This document shows, piece after piece, positions 49,531 to 59,297 of a DNA stretch of 64,000 bases; positions within the stretch are counted from its first letter, which is position 1, and the number at the start of each line of letters is the position of its first letter. This stretch comes from an uncultured virus (IMG/VR IMGVR_UViG_3300044612_002375) (taxonomy: Duplodnaviria > Heunggongvirae > Uroviricota > Caudoviricetes): the IMG/VR virus record IMGVR_UViG_3300044612_002375. One strand, given 5' to 3'. A program made the translations under genes and the position numbers. A model generated the notes under the pieces. The model saw nothing but the letters and a program-made list of their open reading frames with translations, made no database searches and had not been told where the DNA came from.

Positions 49531-50388
49531 TCAATCGTTCTCCATTTCGGAGAAGTACTTTAGAGGATCCTTTTCCTCAATGTCTTCAGACACCACTGTG
49601 TCTGCCACATCATCCTCAATGCTCTTGCTTTCAGTAAACTGAGCACGAATATCATCACCAACAGCCTTCTTGTAACGCTCAGAGAGTTCTGCGTAACTCT
49701 TGAACTGGCTCTTGTCAATAAATGGCTTCAGAGGATACTGCTTCTTCCAAAGTTCCTCTAGCTTCTTGTCATCTCCACCAAGAAGCGGGGCAGGAGATGC
49801 AAATTCTGAACGGTCATAGTTTACGTAACCTCCGACATTACGAATCTTGATCTTAAAGTCTGCACCAGTCCAGAAGTTGAATGGGTCAACTGCAACCTCA
49901 TCCTGATACTCAGGGTGAGCGAGGCTCTGAATCTTCTGGAAGATCTTGGTGCCATACTGGTAAAGAAAAACCTTTCCCTTATTCTCTGGATTAGCAGGAT
50001 CTTCAATTACAAGAATATTGGAGATGTAAGCCAACTTACGCTTACGATTACGTGCAATGTTCTTATCATCTTCAATACCACTGTTCCAGAGTTCTGTGTT
50101 ACCCTGACAAATTGGGCACTTCTCACCAATCGTAGTGGGGCAGTTTTCAAATAGCCAACCACCCTTGCCCTTGAAAGCATGGCTGTACATGGACACAAAT
50201 GGAGTATCTTCGCCCTGAATTTCAGGCAGGAAGCGGATTACAGCGTATCCATTACCTGACTTATCGATACCGGGCTTCCAAATACGTTCGTCCTTGTAAC
50301 TCTCCTTAGAGGTGAGCTTATCCATACGCTCGGTTAGAGATGCGACTGAGTTCTTACTCTTCTTCTTAAAATCTGCAAAGTTTGACAT
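49531..50388 (-). CDS. gp32: Single-stranded DNA-binding protein (T4 gp32)
   Basis: DERIWKP..DKSGNGYAVIRFLP, H.F...GGW..ENCPTT..CPIC, DPF.FW.GA.FKIKIR, acidic tail. Confidence 0.97.
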   Translation of the reverse strand: MSNFADFKKKSKNSVASLTERMDKLTSKESYKDERIWKPGIDKSGNGYAVIRFLPEIQGEDTPFVSMYSHAFKGKGGWLFENCPTTIGEKCPICQGNTELWNSGIEDDKNIARNRKRKLAYISNILVIEDPANPENKGKVFLYQYGTKIFQKIQSLAHPEYQDEVAVDPFNFWTGADFKIKIRNVGGYVNYDRSEFASPAPLLGGDDKKLEELWKKQYPLKPFIDKSQFKSYAELSERYKKAVGDDIRAQFTESKSIEDDVADTVVSEDIEEKDPLKYFSEMEND

Positions 50389-50427
50389 AGTATTTTCCCG
50401 AGGACCTACCTCGGCCTTTCTATTCTA

Positions 50428-50455
50428 ATTATAGCCCAATTAGATGGTTAGTCAA
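50428..50455 (-). promoter_or_regulatory. Sigma70-like promoter TTGACT-N16-TATAAT for gp32
   Basis: Read directly. Confidence 0.7.
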
Positions 50456-50681
50456 TTGGGAGTTTCTTGGTTTTGCCATTCTTTAGTAAATGGCGGTCTC
50501 TGGCTTCAATTTGAATTTTTTCAATTATTGGTCTGGTAATAAGTTTACCAGCCATACTTGGGTCAATATTCATTTCTTCAGATAATTCAAGTATACAATC
50601 CATAAAACTTAGTTTTGTAGATTTTACTCTATCTAAAACTTTATTTGAAAATTTTTCTTTTGCTGCTTCGTCTATATACAT
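50448..50681 (-). CDS. gp33: Late-promoter co-activator (T4 gp33); start re-called at 50681
   Basis: EKFS..V....K...SFMDCI....NID....KLI..P..EKIQ.EA....LL....KLPI; upstream of gp32. Confidence 0.85.
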   Translation of the reverse strand: MYIDEAAKEKFSNKVLDRVKSTKLSFMDCILELSEEMNIDPSMAGKLITRPIIEKIQIEARDRHLLKNGKTKKLPID

Positions 50682-50687
50682 GGTTTT

Positions 50688-50715
50688 ATTATATACGTTA
50701 TATTCCAATAATCAA
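50688..50715 (-). promoter_or_regulatory. Sigma70-like promoter TTGATT-N16-TATAAT, 6 nt before gp33 ATG
   Basis: Read directly. Confidence 0.65.
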
Positions 50716-50764
50716 TAATTAAATACATCTAAATATTCATGAACTAATTAACGAGGTCTAATCC

Positions 50765-51712
50765 ATGCCATCAGGAACAGGCGTAACATCAGATGCGATT
50801 CCAATTCAAACAGCAGGTATAACCGCATATATTGCGACCGATTATGTCGGTACAGGCGGTATTACAGGTCACTACCAACTCATTAAACTTGGGTATGGTG
50901 TCGATGGATCTGCGACAGTTGTAAATTCAGCAAATCCACTTCCAGTAACAATTGCCACTGGAATGACTGCCACTATTTCTGGATTCACAGGAACCATTGA
51001 TGTACGTGGTATAGGTGGTGCTGCAGTGGTGGTGTCTGGTTCAGTAGTCACAACTGGTCTAACTTCATCTCCATTATTTGTTAGAACTTTTACAGGATCA
51101 CAAGTAGAAGTCACTGGCGGTCGTTATCTAGGAAAATCTAACGATTCGGTTTCTGTATGGGGTCCAAATGGTCTCACATACATTTATGTAAATTTAGTAG
51201 ACCAAGCTGGAAATTCTTTAAGTTACACCAATGGTGCACTAAACGTTAACGTTGCTGGTGCAACAATCAATGCCACCATTCCTTCTACCGTTACTGTAGT
51301 AGGTCTTTCCGGTGCTACTGCTGTAGGAGTTAACGTAGGTAACACTGTTGGAATTAATGATACAAATATTCTAACTGGTATGACTGCCATCTATGGTCAG
51401 GTCGTAGGTCTAAGAAGTGATCTTGGTGGATTTGCTGTAATTCGTCCAACTGGTGGAACTGCTTATAGACTAACAAGCACAACAACTGCAGCAGCATTTG
51501 CTGGATTTACTTGTAAGAGTGGAATAAATGTAAAAGCTGCATCTGCGAATACCGATGTAATCTACATAACTACTGATACAACTGCCTCTCTTACTTCTCT
51601 TGGATACGAATTAGATCCCGGAGAATCGTTATTCATAGATATAATAAATTCTAGTCTTTTGGCCCACAGAGCAAAATCAGGTTCTCAAATTATTAGTTAC
51701 CTAGCGACCTAA
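50765..51712 (+). CDS. Putative virion structural protein (Gly/Thr-rich)
   Basis: CTAAATA late promoter and GAGG SD upstream; NPLPV repeat; C-terminal KAASANT..IY...GYELDPGES domain. Confidence 0.65.
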   Translation: MPSGTGVTSDAIPIQTAGITAYIATDYVGTGGITGHYQLIKLGYGVDGSATVVNSANPLPVTIATGMTATISGFTGTIDVRGIGGAAVVVSGSVVTTGLTSSPLFVRTFTGSQVEVTGGRYLGKSNDSVSVWGPNGLTYIYVNLVDQAGNSLSYTNGALNVNVAGATINATIPSTVTVVGLSGATAVGVNVGNTVGINDTNILTGMTAIYGQVVGLRSDLGGFAVIRPTGGTAYRLTSTTTAAAFAGFTCKSGINVKAASANTDVIYITTDTTASLTSLGYELDPGESLFIDIINSSLLAHRAKSGSQIISYLAT

Positions 51713-51713
51713 T

Positions 51714-53024
51714 ATGTCTTTATTTTCGTTAAATACAGCAAAAACATCGTATTCATATACAACACAATTTGTTGGTAATACGGCAGATCCTTGTTTTACA
51801 AAAGGTAATCTGAATGGTTCTGCTAATATTTTTGTTACTGGTAACTCGCTGTTCTTTGATTATTCTGAAGTAAAAACTGGAAATGATTTAAAGTTTTTAA
51901 ATAAATTCTTCAATGGTCTTACAACTGGAAGTACTTTTAATTTTTCTAGTGGAGTATATTATAACAATGCCACTTCTTCTAGTATAAATTGGAATGGTAC
52001 ATTACAATTACAAGGTATATCCGGAACTTTTAAACAATATATCTCATGCTCTGGTGTTACGGGGACTGCAGCTCTTACTGGTGGATATTACGTAAGTAAA
52101 AATTTTACGAATCCTATACAATTTACTGCAACGACGGGCAATACTGCCCATATATTAATATCAAATACACCTAGAAGCAGTCCATTAAATTTTGATTTCT
52201 TTGGCGTATATGGATCTGATTATGGATTTGAAGAATACGTAGAAGTTTTGGGAAGTACATTAAACTCTGGAAGACTTAAAGTAAAAAATTACATAAAATT
52301 AAATGATGATACCGAAGTAATTTATCTTGTAAATTCGGTAACCAATGAGAATAGATTTTTTAATAAATCACAAATTGATTTACTCCACAGAGGTATTCCT
52401 TCGTTAGCAGTTTCTGCCACTTCACCTCTCCAAAATGGAGTAATTAAAATTGCAGGAGCAACTTCCGGTATTGTTTCTATGTTGTTGGAAAATCAAAATG
52501 CAATGCAACATGCATTAAGACAACAACAAGATACTGCAAACGTATATTACTATTATCCAAATTCTACGTTAAAAACAATAAACGCAAATACTGAAAACAT
52601 AGTTGACTATAGAAACATTTCTATTTCGTATTCAAATGTCTTTATCCTAAAGGTTGTAACATCATATTTTATCTCCTATAATACTGATGGATTTAATATT
52701 TCAGAATTTATTGGAACTAATCAATATAATGATATTATCTTTGTGGATAACACACAAACAGAGACACTTTCAATAGTGAGCAGTACAGCTGTCGCACCAA
52801 TCAAAATAGATCTTTCTGATGCACAGAATAAAGGTTCTATTATAAACCTATTTTTGGATAGCAATTGCACACAGCCACTAATAGAAAACTATTATCTTCT
52901 TGGTGAACCTGGATATGAAGGAGCTTGCTTTATCTATCTTGTAGATAGAGCAAACTCATCAAAAACTGTATTTATGCAAATTACTAAGAATACAACCAAT
53001 GTTCTAAGAATTGCTGTTGCTTAA
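51714..53024 (+). CDS. Hypothetical, probably virion protein
   Basis: 436-aa ORF co-transcribed with 50765; GxT-rich. Confidence 0.6.
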   Translation: MSLFSLNTAKTSYSYTTQFVGNTADPCFTKGNLNGSANIFVTGNSLFFDYSEVKTGNDLKFLNKFFNGLTTGSTFNFSSGVYYNNATSSSINWNGTLQLQGISGTFKQYISCSGVTGTAALTGGYYVSKNFTNPIQFTATTGNTAHILISNTPRSSPLNFDFFGVYGSDYGFEEYVEVLGSTLNSGRLKVKNYIKLNDDTEVIYLVNSVTNENRFFNKSQIDLLHRGIPSLAVSATSPLQNGVIKIAGATSGIVSMLLENQNAMQHALRQQQDTANVYYYYPNSTLKTINANTENIVDYRNISISYSNVFILKVVTSYFISYNTDGFNISEFIGTNQYNDIIFVDNTQTETLSIVSSTAVAPIKIDLSDAQNKGSIINLFLDSNCTQPLIENYYLLGEPGYEGACFIYLVDRANSSKTVFMQITKNTTNVLRIAVA

Positions 53025-53293
53025 TTCACATTTTTAGAAAATGGTTCTGTACGCCATTTATTATAATAGTCAATCATATCTCCTTGCAAATCAGTCACAA
53101 ACATATAAGCTTTTTCTGGAAGTAAGATACCATCCTGTACTTTTGTATATGGCAACCATGTTGCTAGAGTAATCTTTCCCATCTCCAAGGACATTATCAT
53201 TGCTGCATCCTTAATAAATAATCCTTTATTGGATTCCGTGCACTCTGCAATGATTTCTTCTGTTTCTGATACTTTTATAAATTTAATTTTCAC
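53021..53293 (-). CDS. Small Sm-like-fold protein (paralog of 63160-63468)
   Basis: FIKV...EEIIAE...KD..WLPY pattern. Confidence 0.6.
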   Translation of the reverse strand: MKIKFIKVSETEEIIAECTESNKGLFIKDAAMIMSLEMGKITLATWLPYTKVQDGILLPEKAYMFVTDLQGDMIDYYNKWRTEPFSKNVN

Positions 53294-53781
53294 TTTTTCT
53301 CCATTGGTACAGTCATTTTAGCGCCACAACCACATGGCTTTCTTTTGGCATTTATTTCTTTTTTTGCCTGATCGCTCATTGGGTCTATCTGTGAACGATA
53401 TACTATTTTAACATTATTATTCAGATTGTCAATATCTGCTGTAGTGGTATCTTGATAATAAAAAGAAAAATATGGTATCTTTAACCATTCATTAAATTTT
53501 TTTCTTCTTTTTTCGCAACCACAATTACCTTTTGTAATCTTTACGATAAGGTATTTTATACCTGTATGTTTTGTTATGAATTCAACAACATCTCCAAAAC
53601 CAATATACTTTTTTACAATGCCAAACATCTTTTCAATTTCAAATTTAAAAGAAATCTGTTTTTTAAATATAAAATTTGGGTATTTTTTACCTTCTAAATT
53701 TTTATCCAACGGTATAGATATTGTCGATCCGTCACCGTTTTGAGTTACATGGGAATTAAATGAAAATCTATCAATAAACAT
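53290..53781 (-). CDS. Hypothetical protein with CGC motifs
   Basis: GFGDVV..IT..TGIK..NCGCEKRRKKFN and C-terminal KPCGCG; TATAAATA at 53798-53805. Confidence 0.6.
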   Translation of the reverse strand: MFIDRFSFNSHVTQNGDGSTISIPLDKNLEGKKYPNFIFKKQISFKFEIEKMFGIVKKYIGFGDVVEFITKHTGIKYLIVKITKGNCGCEKRRKKFNEWLKIPYFSFYYQDTTTADIDNLNNNVKIVYRSQIDPMSDQAKKEINAKRKPCGCGAKMTVPMEKK

Positions 53782-53808
53782 ATATACACTCCATTTTTAT
53801 TTATACCA

Positions 53809-56800
53809 TTATACAGTACTGCAAGTTATGTTACCAGAACGTATATTTATTTCTGTAGGTGATACTTGTTGAACAATGATATTTGCTCCAGCAGGAATTC
53901 CTGAATCAGATATACCACCTATAAATGCCAATGGTTCAAGCAATGAAATTTCACCCTCTCCCTGAGGATATACGTTGGGCCGGGTTACATTTATTTTATG
54001 CCATTTTGTTGAAGATGGACTTCCATATACTGGTGCATATGCATTTGCATTGTCGGGGTCAAATAAATTGATTCCGGTAGGAATAGTCGAATTATTTGGT
54101 AAAGTTGCTCCAGTTGGAAACCCTCCGTAAGTATATGGGCCTAAAATATTGTAAGGAAGTGATAATGGCGCCTTTGCTTGGTAGAACCATACTCTATTAT
54201 AGAAATCCTGTGTTTGAGAATCATAAACAGTTAGCGGGGTTTGTGTTGCGTCACTCTTATATTCAACCCATAACCATCCACCCGGACCAAGAATAGTTTC
54301 ATTAGGAGTTGGTGATAAGCAAACATCTCCACTTTGTTCACAACTTAAAACAGTACCATCTGGTAAAGTCGTTGCGCCATAAACAGAAGTATTATAAGAA
54401 GATTGAACTTGCTTCAATATATCACCACCGACATATACGAATGGGTACATTAGATCTCCAGCCAGTTTGTAGCTTGTGGTGGCGTTACTGGGTATCAATC
54501 TAGTAAATCTATAAGGATCTTTTGTATAAAATATTTTAAATGTACTTGATTCCGAATCCCATCCATAATAACTTAGGCGCGAAGCATAATTTACATAACT
54601 TATATTTGTCATTACCGTCCGACAGCATAGTCCCTGTCTACTAAAATTTTTATATGATTGAATAAAATAGTCTTTGCTGGAATTAAATCCTATTCTGCCA
54701 ACACAGTCTGTGCAGGTGTCTGATACCGTTGTATCGTCAACAGGCGGACAACAATTTCTTACACATGAACTTCTGTCGCATGAATTATCACATCTTCCGA
54801 TACATGCTGGATCTTGTGGTGCCCAATATGTTGATGATTTATGTTGAGGCAACCCAGTTGCTTGCCAGCACAAATCAGCTTTTTCTGGGCATGACGAAGC
54901 TGCACCATTTACACCAGCCACCATTCCAGAAGTGTTAGCATTGCTTCCAAATGAGGAATATGTTAAACATTCATCACCAAGAGGTGAAGGTTGAACACTA
55001 TGATTTGGAACAAAGTTTTGATATCTTCTTAATAGTGCACTCATCCAATAATATTCTGGATGACCGCTATATGAATAGTTGTCATTTTTTAAACCAGTTC
55101 CATCAGTAGGATCTGGCTCTCCAAGTACACTGCAAAGATCTCTTGCTCTTACTGGATTGTCAACTTCATTGCCTTCTGCTGAAAATGCACAGTATCCGCC
55201 CCATAACCATTTTGAAAAATCCCATGCTCCGGGTACTGCTCTGAAGAATGCCTGTCTTTTAAAGTATTTGGGAATACTTGATGATCCACTTTTGAACTGG
55301 TTAACTTTAGCTTCTGGATCAGCAAAATCGTTATAATTCCACACAGGAGCAATAATATCACCATATTTGATAGCAATAGCATGAGCATAACCAAATGATA
55401 TATCGCTATAACCAAATTCACTTATATCTTCTTCATCAGTTGGAACTAATCCAAATGGGTCTTGTCCCGCAGATTCTCCTTGACGAGTCCAAATATAAGT
55501 TTTATTTACTTTAAAAGAAGTATTTCCAAATCCAACATTTGAAATATCGTTATTTGACTTATATAGTACGGCAAATCCATTTGCTCCAGCAGTAATTTTT
55601 ATAATTTCACCATCAAAAGTTTTGCTCCAACTTCCAAAAGTTGATTCCGTATCAGTGGATTTCCATGATGGAAGCATTTCTGTTCTTCCCCACACATATA
55701 CGGTATTTTTATTAGCAACCATGCTGTAATCAGGCCCACCATCAGCAAAGATAAGCTGAGAATCATCGCTATGTCTAGAAACATTAGTAACTTTCTTTGC
55801 AACAAAACTATAGTCGCCAGAAGAAAAATCATTTGCTTTATAATATTCAACATTCCATTGATCAGAAATAGCCTTTACTTCATTTGGAACAAAGGTTGTA
55901 TATACGGTTCCCGTTGCAGTGCCTTCAGGATCCATGTAAGTGTAACTTCCCCATACTCTCACTTGGTTGTCACTTTGGATTGCAATAGTGTGGTAGTATC
56001 CTGCACCAATGTTTGTAAATATTGGAATCTCTGACAATGGATTTGTTGGATCCATTAATATGCATCTTTTATCTGCTGGTGGATCTTCATTAGTATTTGG
56101 GTATTCACACCAATAGTTTAAATTAATATATGTTATACCATTTAATTCAACTTTGAGTAATCCTGCATTGACTGGATCTATTGCAACATCATATTCAATA
56201 TCAGAAACATATGCTGGCTTAGCCGCATGAGTTGTTAAATAATTTTTACCAAGAAAATTTGTATTGGTTTGATCTCCATATTTTTTCTGACCATATACAT
56301 TATTTCCAGTTGTGTATAGAAGTCCATATGAAGTAATTGCGGATGTATGTTTAGAACCATTTGCAACATCTGACCATCTATGGGTTTTATTCATCAAGGC
56401 ATTATCGCCTATATTGAAGCGAGCATTATCGCAGCCCTTATCTCCCCATGCTTTTAATTTATATTGCTGTAGGGGTGCATCTGGATCTGGCTCTGGTGGG
56501 CGACTTCCGGCTCCACAAACATCACCACCATTATCACCCTCACACGTTCCAACAGGAGGACATGGACTATAATCAAAAAATTCAGGATATTCTATAAGAG
56601 CAATTTCAAAGTCTATACCTTTACCACCTAATTTTTTAACAATTCCAAGTTGAGTACTATTATTTTGACTTTCATCGGCAATACGAGCCTTAATGTCTTC
56701 TGGAATATTTGTTAATCCATTATTTGAATAACCAGATGCTACAATTTTTCCATTATATGTAATGAAATAATTTGTATTTAATCCAGTATATACGTTTACG

Positions 56801-59268
56801 ATAGATTTAACAAGCCATTTTGTGGTATCATTATTATTTCCAGCCGGTGTCAATAGTCCCGGAACAACACTTTGATTATAATTAAATCCAGAACAACTAT
56901 TGTTTTTGCATCCCCATGCAGCCACATTATTGGATTCCAGATAGACTGGAAGTGTTGCCCTGCGTGGAAAAAGGAACATATCATCCTGATCACCAGCACC
57001 AGTATAATTTGAAAGTAATTTTTGTTTAATAATTTTTGGAGTTACGGTACCTGTTACTGGTTGCACTCCCAAGAATTCTACTAAATTAATATATCCAGAA
57101 CTACCTCCTACAACTGCAGACACATAGGGATTTAAAACAAGTTCTCCATCATTATCAAAACTTGCTGATTGAATTATTTGAGTAGTTTCAGCTGCTATAT
57201 CAATAGCATGATCTTTTACTCTGAGTATTCCGGCTACAACCATTCCTTCCAGTGATTCAATAACATAATTGTAATCATCAATTAAAATTGTATCACCGAT
57301 CTTAATTGGTGTACAACTATTAGCAGATGACTGTGATGGATTTTCAGATAAACTATAAAAATAATTGTAGTATGCTTTTAAAAATCTTTCGGGATCAAAA
57401 TATGAACCAGCAACAACATAACTGTTGTTTACACAATAATCTTTAAATGCATACAAATCAAAATGGAATAATGGTATTTGTGATCCAACATACATGAAAC
57501 GTCTTGGTGTTGTTCTCATCAAAGACCATCTCATTGCCTCTTCGGGATGATATTTAAATTTAGCTGCAACACCATCGTTTGAAGAACCTACTGAGTTAAT
57601 GTAGCCAGAATAGGGTCTTTCATATGGAGTCACCAAAACATTTGCATGATTTAAATTGGGAACTAAATCAGGATGTATTGAACCTACATCAGATCTATGG
57701 GCCCACGATTCAAAATGATGTTCTAATGTGATATAGCCTACCAAGGCATCACGTAATTTTGTTTGTTTGCCTGTAATTTCTCTATATTTTATAATATATT
57801 CAGTTACACCACCCGGTCTTGAATTATTTAAAAGTTGATATGCTGAATATGATGGACCTAAATCTTTAAATTGATTAGAAGTACCAAATGTCCATATATC
57901 AAATCCAGATTTGTAAGATCCATAATTTTTATCTCCTATCAAAGCCAATCTCTGAAGATATGGAGAAATGCCATATTGGTAGCATGAAGTTCTATATTGT
58001 GGGTTAAATGTAATGTCTTCGGATGATACACATCCTGTCCCCGATGCACCTTTTGTACTTGCAATATATTTTTGACTAGCAAAAGGATACGAAGACGCAC
58101 GAATTCTATCATCAACAGAACTTGTTGAATCCAATTTATCCGGAGATGCGCACCAGCAACATCCTGCTTCAGATATTTTCATGGGAACTGAGAAGGGATT
58201 CATGAAAGGCAAATAACCATAGTTATTTACTCTTGTAGACATATTTTGTTTTTTAAATACTGTATCTGATATACCACCTTTTAGATGTGCAAATTTACGG
58301 CAATGACAAGGACGTGATGGCCAAAACCAAACACTATACCGGTCAGCAGCTGCGCATGATGGATCGTATAATTCTGAAGACTGACTACCAACTTCATTAC
58401 CAAATGGATTTAAAGCTGGATAGCATGTTTCCGTTGCTGGTTGTCCACCACCAAAAGCTCTTCTATTAAATCCTTGACACTGTGGAACACTTGGGTCACC
58501 TCCAAATGCAAATTCAGGCGGATACCAAATAAAATGGCATCCTGTATGACGGTACATGATATCAAGCGGTTCTGTTTTTTCTACTCCCAGTCCTGCCATG
58601 CATTGTTTACACGCATCTGGGTCTGGTGGGTTACATGGTTGTCCGGGACAACCTGTATTAGTGCCCCCACCGCCACCACCACCGCCGCCCCCTCCACCAC
58701 CACCGCCTCCTCCACCATCATCGCCTCCACCATTACAAGTAGGATAACAAGATTGACAGAACTGAGCGCACGGACTATTGGCAAAGTCTGGATCTTCTGC
58801 ACAGTATCCACCACCTGGATTGCAACCATCTTGATTTGAGTCTGGACATAATAGTCGTATCAAATTAATACATTGTTGAGCATCATTTATATTCCCGAGA
58901 CCAGATATAATTCCTCTCGATCTTAAGTAGTCAATGCATTCGTCTCCCATTAATTCAAAACAATTAACGTCAAGAATTCTATTTGGAGGTGGTACTGGTA
59001 AATCTGCCCCATATTGTTCATCACATAGATTTGTACAAGCAGAACTACATTCCGCACACTTTGTTTTAGCTATTTCAGAGCAACCAACTCCATATTGTTC
59101 ATAACAATTATTACTTTTATCATTTTTAAACATACAATCGCAACATTCTTGTGGATATATGTCTGAACATTTCTGTAAATTATCATTATACAGATTTTTT
59201 TGATAAGTTACTGTTGGTGAAATGTCTTTCGACAAATACGCATTGTTATTTGAAAATATAAATTTCAT
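53809..59268 (-). CDS. Giant Cys-rich protein with RCC1/BLIP-II-like repeats and poly-Gly linker (putative receptor-binding virion protein)
   Basis: 1819 aa; NGSKHTSAIT..GLLYTTGNNVYGQ, GAGYYHTIAI..VRVWG, GGPDYS..VYVWG repeats; dense Cys clusters. Confidence 0.7.
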   Translation of the reverse strand: MKFIFSNNNAYLSKDISPTVTYQKNLYNDNLQKCSDIYPQECCDCMFKNDKSNNCYEQYGVGCSEIAKTKCAECSSACTNLCDEQYGADLPVPPPNRILDVNCFELMGDECIDYLRSRGIISGLGNINDAQQCINLIRLLCPDSNQDGCNPGGGYCAEDPDFANSPCAQFCQSCYPTCNGGGDDGGGGGGGGGGGGGGGGGGTNTGCPGQPCNPPDPDACKQCMAGLGVEKTEPLDIMYRHTGCHFIWYPPEFAFGGDPSVPQCQGFNRRAFGGGQPATETCYPALNPFGNEVGSQSSELYDPSCAAADRYSVWFWPSRPCHCRKFAHLKGGISDTVFKKQNMSTRVNNYGYLPFMNPFSVPMKISEAGCCWCASPDKLDSTSSVDDRIRASSYPFASQKYIASTKGASGTGCVSSEDITFNPQYRTSCYQYGISPYLQRLALIGDKNYGSYKSGFDIWTFGTSNQFKDLGPSYSAYQLLNNSRPGGVTEYIIKYREITGKQTKLRDALVGYITLEHHFESWAHRSDVGSIHPDLVPNLNHANVLVTPYERPYSGYINSVGSSNDGVAAKFKYHPEEAMRWSLMRTTPRRFMYVGSQIPLFHFDLYAFKDYCVNNSYVVAGSYFDPERFLKAYYNYFYSLSENPSQSSANSCTPIKIGDTILIDDYNYVIESLEGMVVAGILRVKDHAIDIAAETTQIIQSASFDNDGELVLNPYVSAVVGGSSGYINLVEFLGVQPVTGTVTPKIIKQKLLSNYTGAGDQDDMFLFPRRATLPVYLESNNVAAWGCKNNSCSGFNYNQSVVPGLLTPAGNNNDTTKWLVKSIVNVYTGLNTNYFITYNGKIVASGYSNNGLTNIPEDIKARIADESQNNSTQLGIVKKLGGKGIDFEIALIEYPEFFDYSPCPPVGTCEGDNGGDVCGAGSRPPEPDPDAPLQQYKLKAWGDKGCDNARFNIGDNALMNKTHRWSDVANGSKHTSAITSYGLLYTTGNNVYGQKKYGDQTNTNFLGKNYLTTHAAKPAYVSDIEYDVAIDPVNAGLLKVELNGITYINLNYWCEYPNTNEDPPADKRCILMDPTNPLSEIPIFTNIGAGYYHTIAIQSDNQVRVWGSYTYMDPEGTATGTVYTTFVPNEVKAISDQWNVEYYKANDFSSGDYSFVAKKVTNVSRHSDDSQLIFADGGPDYSMVANKNTVYVWGRTEMLPSWKSTDTESTFGSWSKTFDGEIIKITAGANGFAVLYKSNNDISNVGFGNTSFKVNKTYIWTRQGESAGQDPFGLVPTDEEDISEFGYSDISFGYAHAIAIKYGDIIAPVWNYNDFADPEAKVNQFKSGSSSIPKYFKRQAFFRAVPGAWDFSKWLWGGYCAFSAEGNEVDNPVRARDLCSVLGEPDPTDGTGLKNDNYSYSGHPEYYWMSALLRRYQNFVPNHSVQPSPLGDECLTYSSFGSNANTSGMVAGVNGAASSCPEKADLCWQATGLPQHKSSTYWAPQDPACIGRCDNSCDRSSCVRNCCPPVDDTTVSDTCTDCVGRIGFNSSKDYFIQSYKNFSRQGLCCRTVMTNISYVNYASRLSYYGWDSESSTFKIFYTKDPYRFTRLIPSNATTSYKLAGDLMYPFVYVGGDILKQVQSSYNTSVYGATTLPDGTVLSCEQSGDVCLSPTPNETILGPGGWLWVEYKSDATQTPLTVYDSQTQDFYNRVWFYQAKAPLSLPYNILGPYTYGGFPTGATLPNNSTIPTGINLFDPDNANAYAPVYGSPSSTKWHKINVTRPNVYPQGEGEISLLEPLAFIGGISDSGIPAGANIIVQQVSPTEINIRSGNITCSTV

Positions 59269-59297
59269 TTTATCAACAATCTAATAATTAAAATAAA

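Noticed and set aside
58663..58732. CCA/CCG-rich tract as microsatellite or contingency locus
   Set aside because: Mixed synonymous Gly codons indicate protein-level selection, not a pure slippage repeat.
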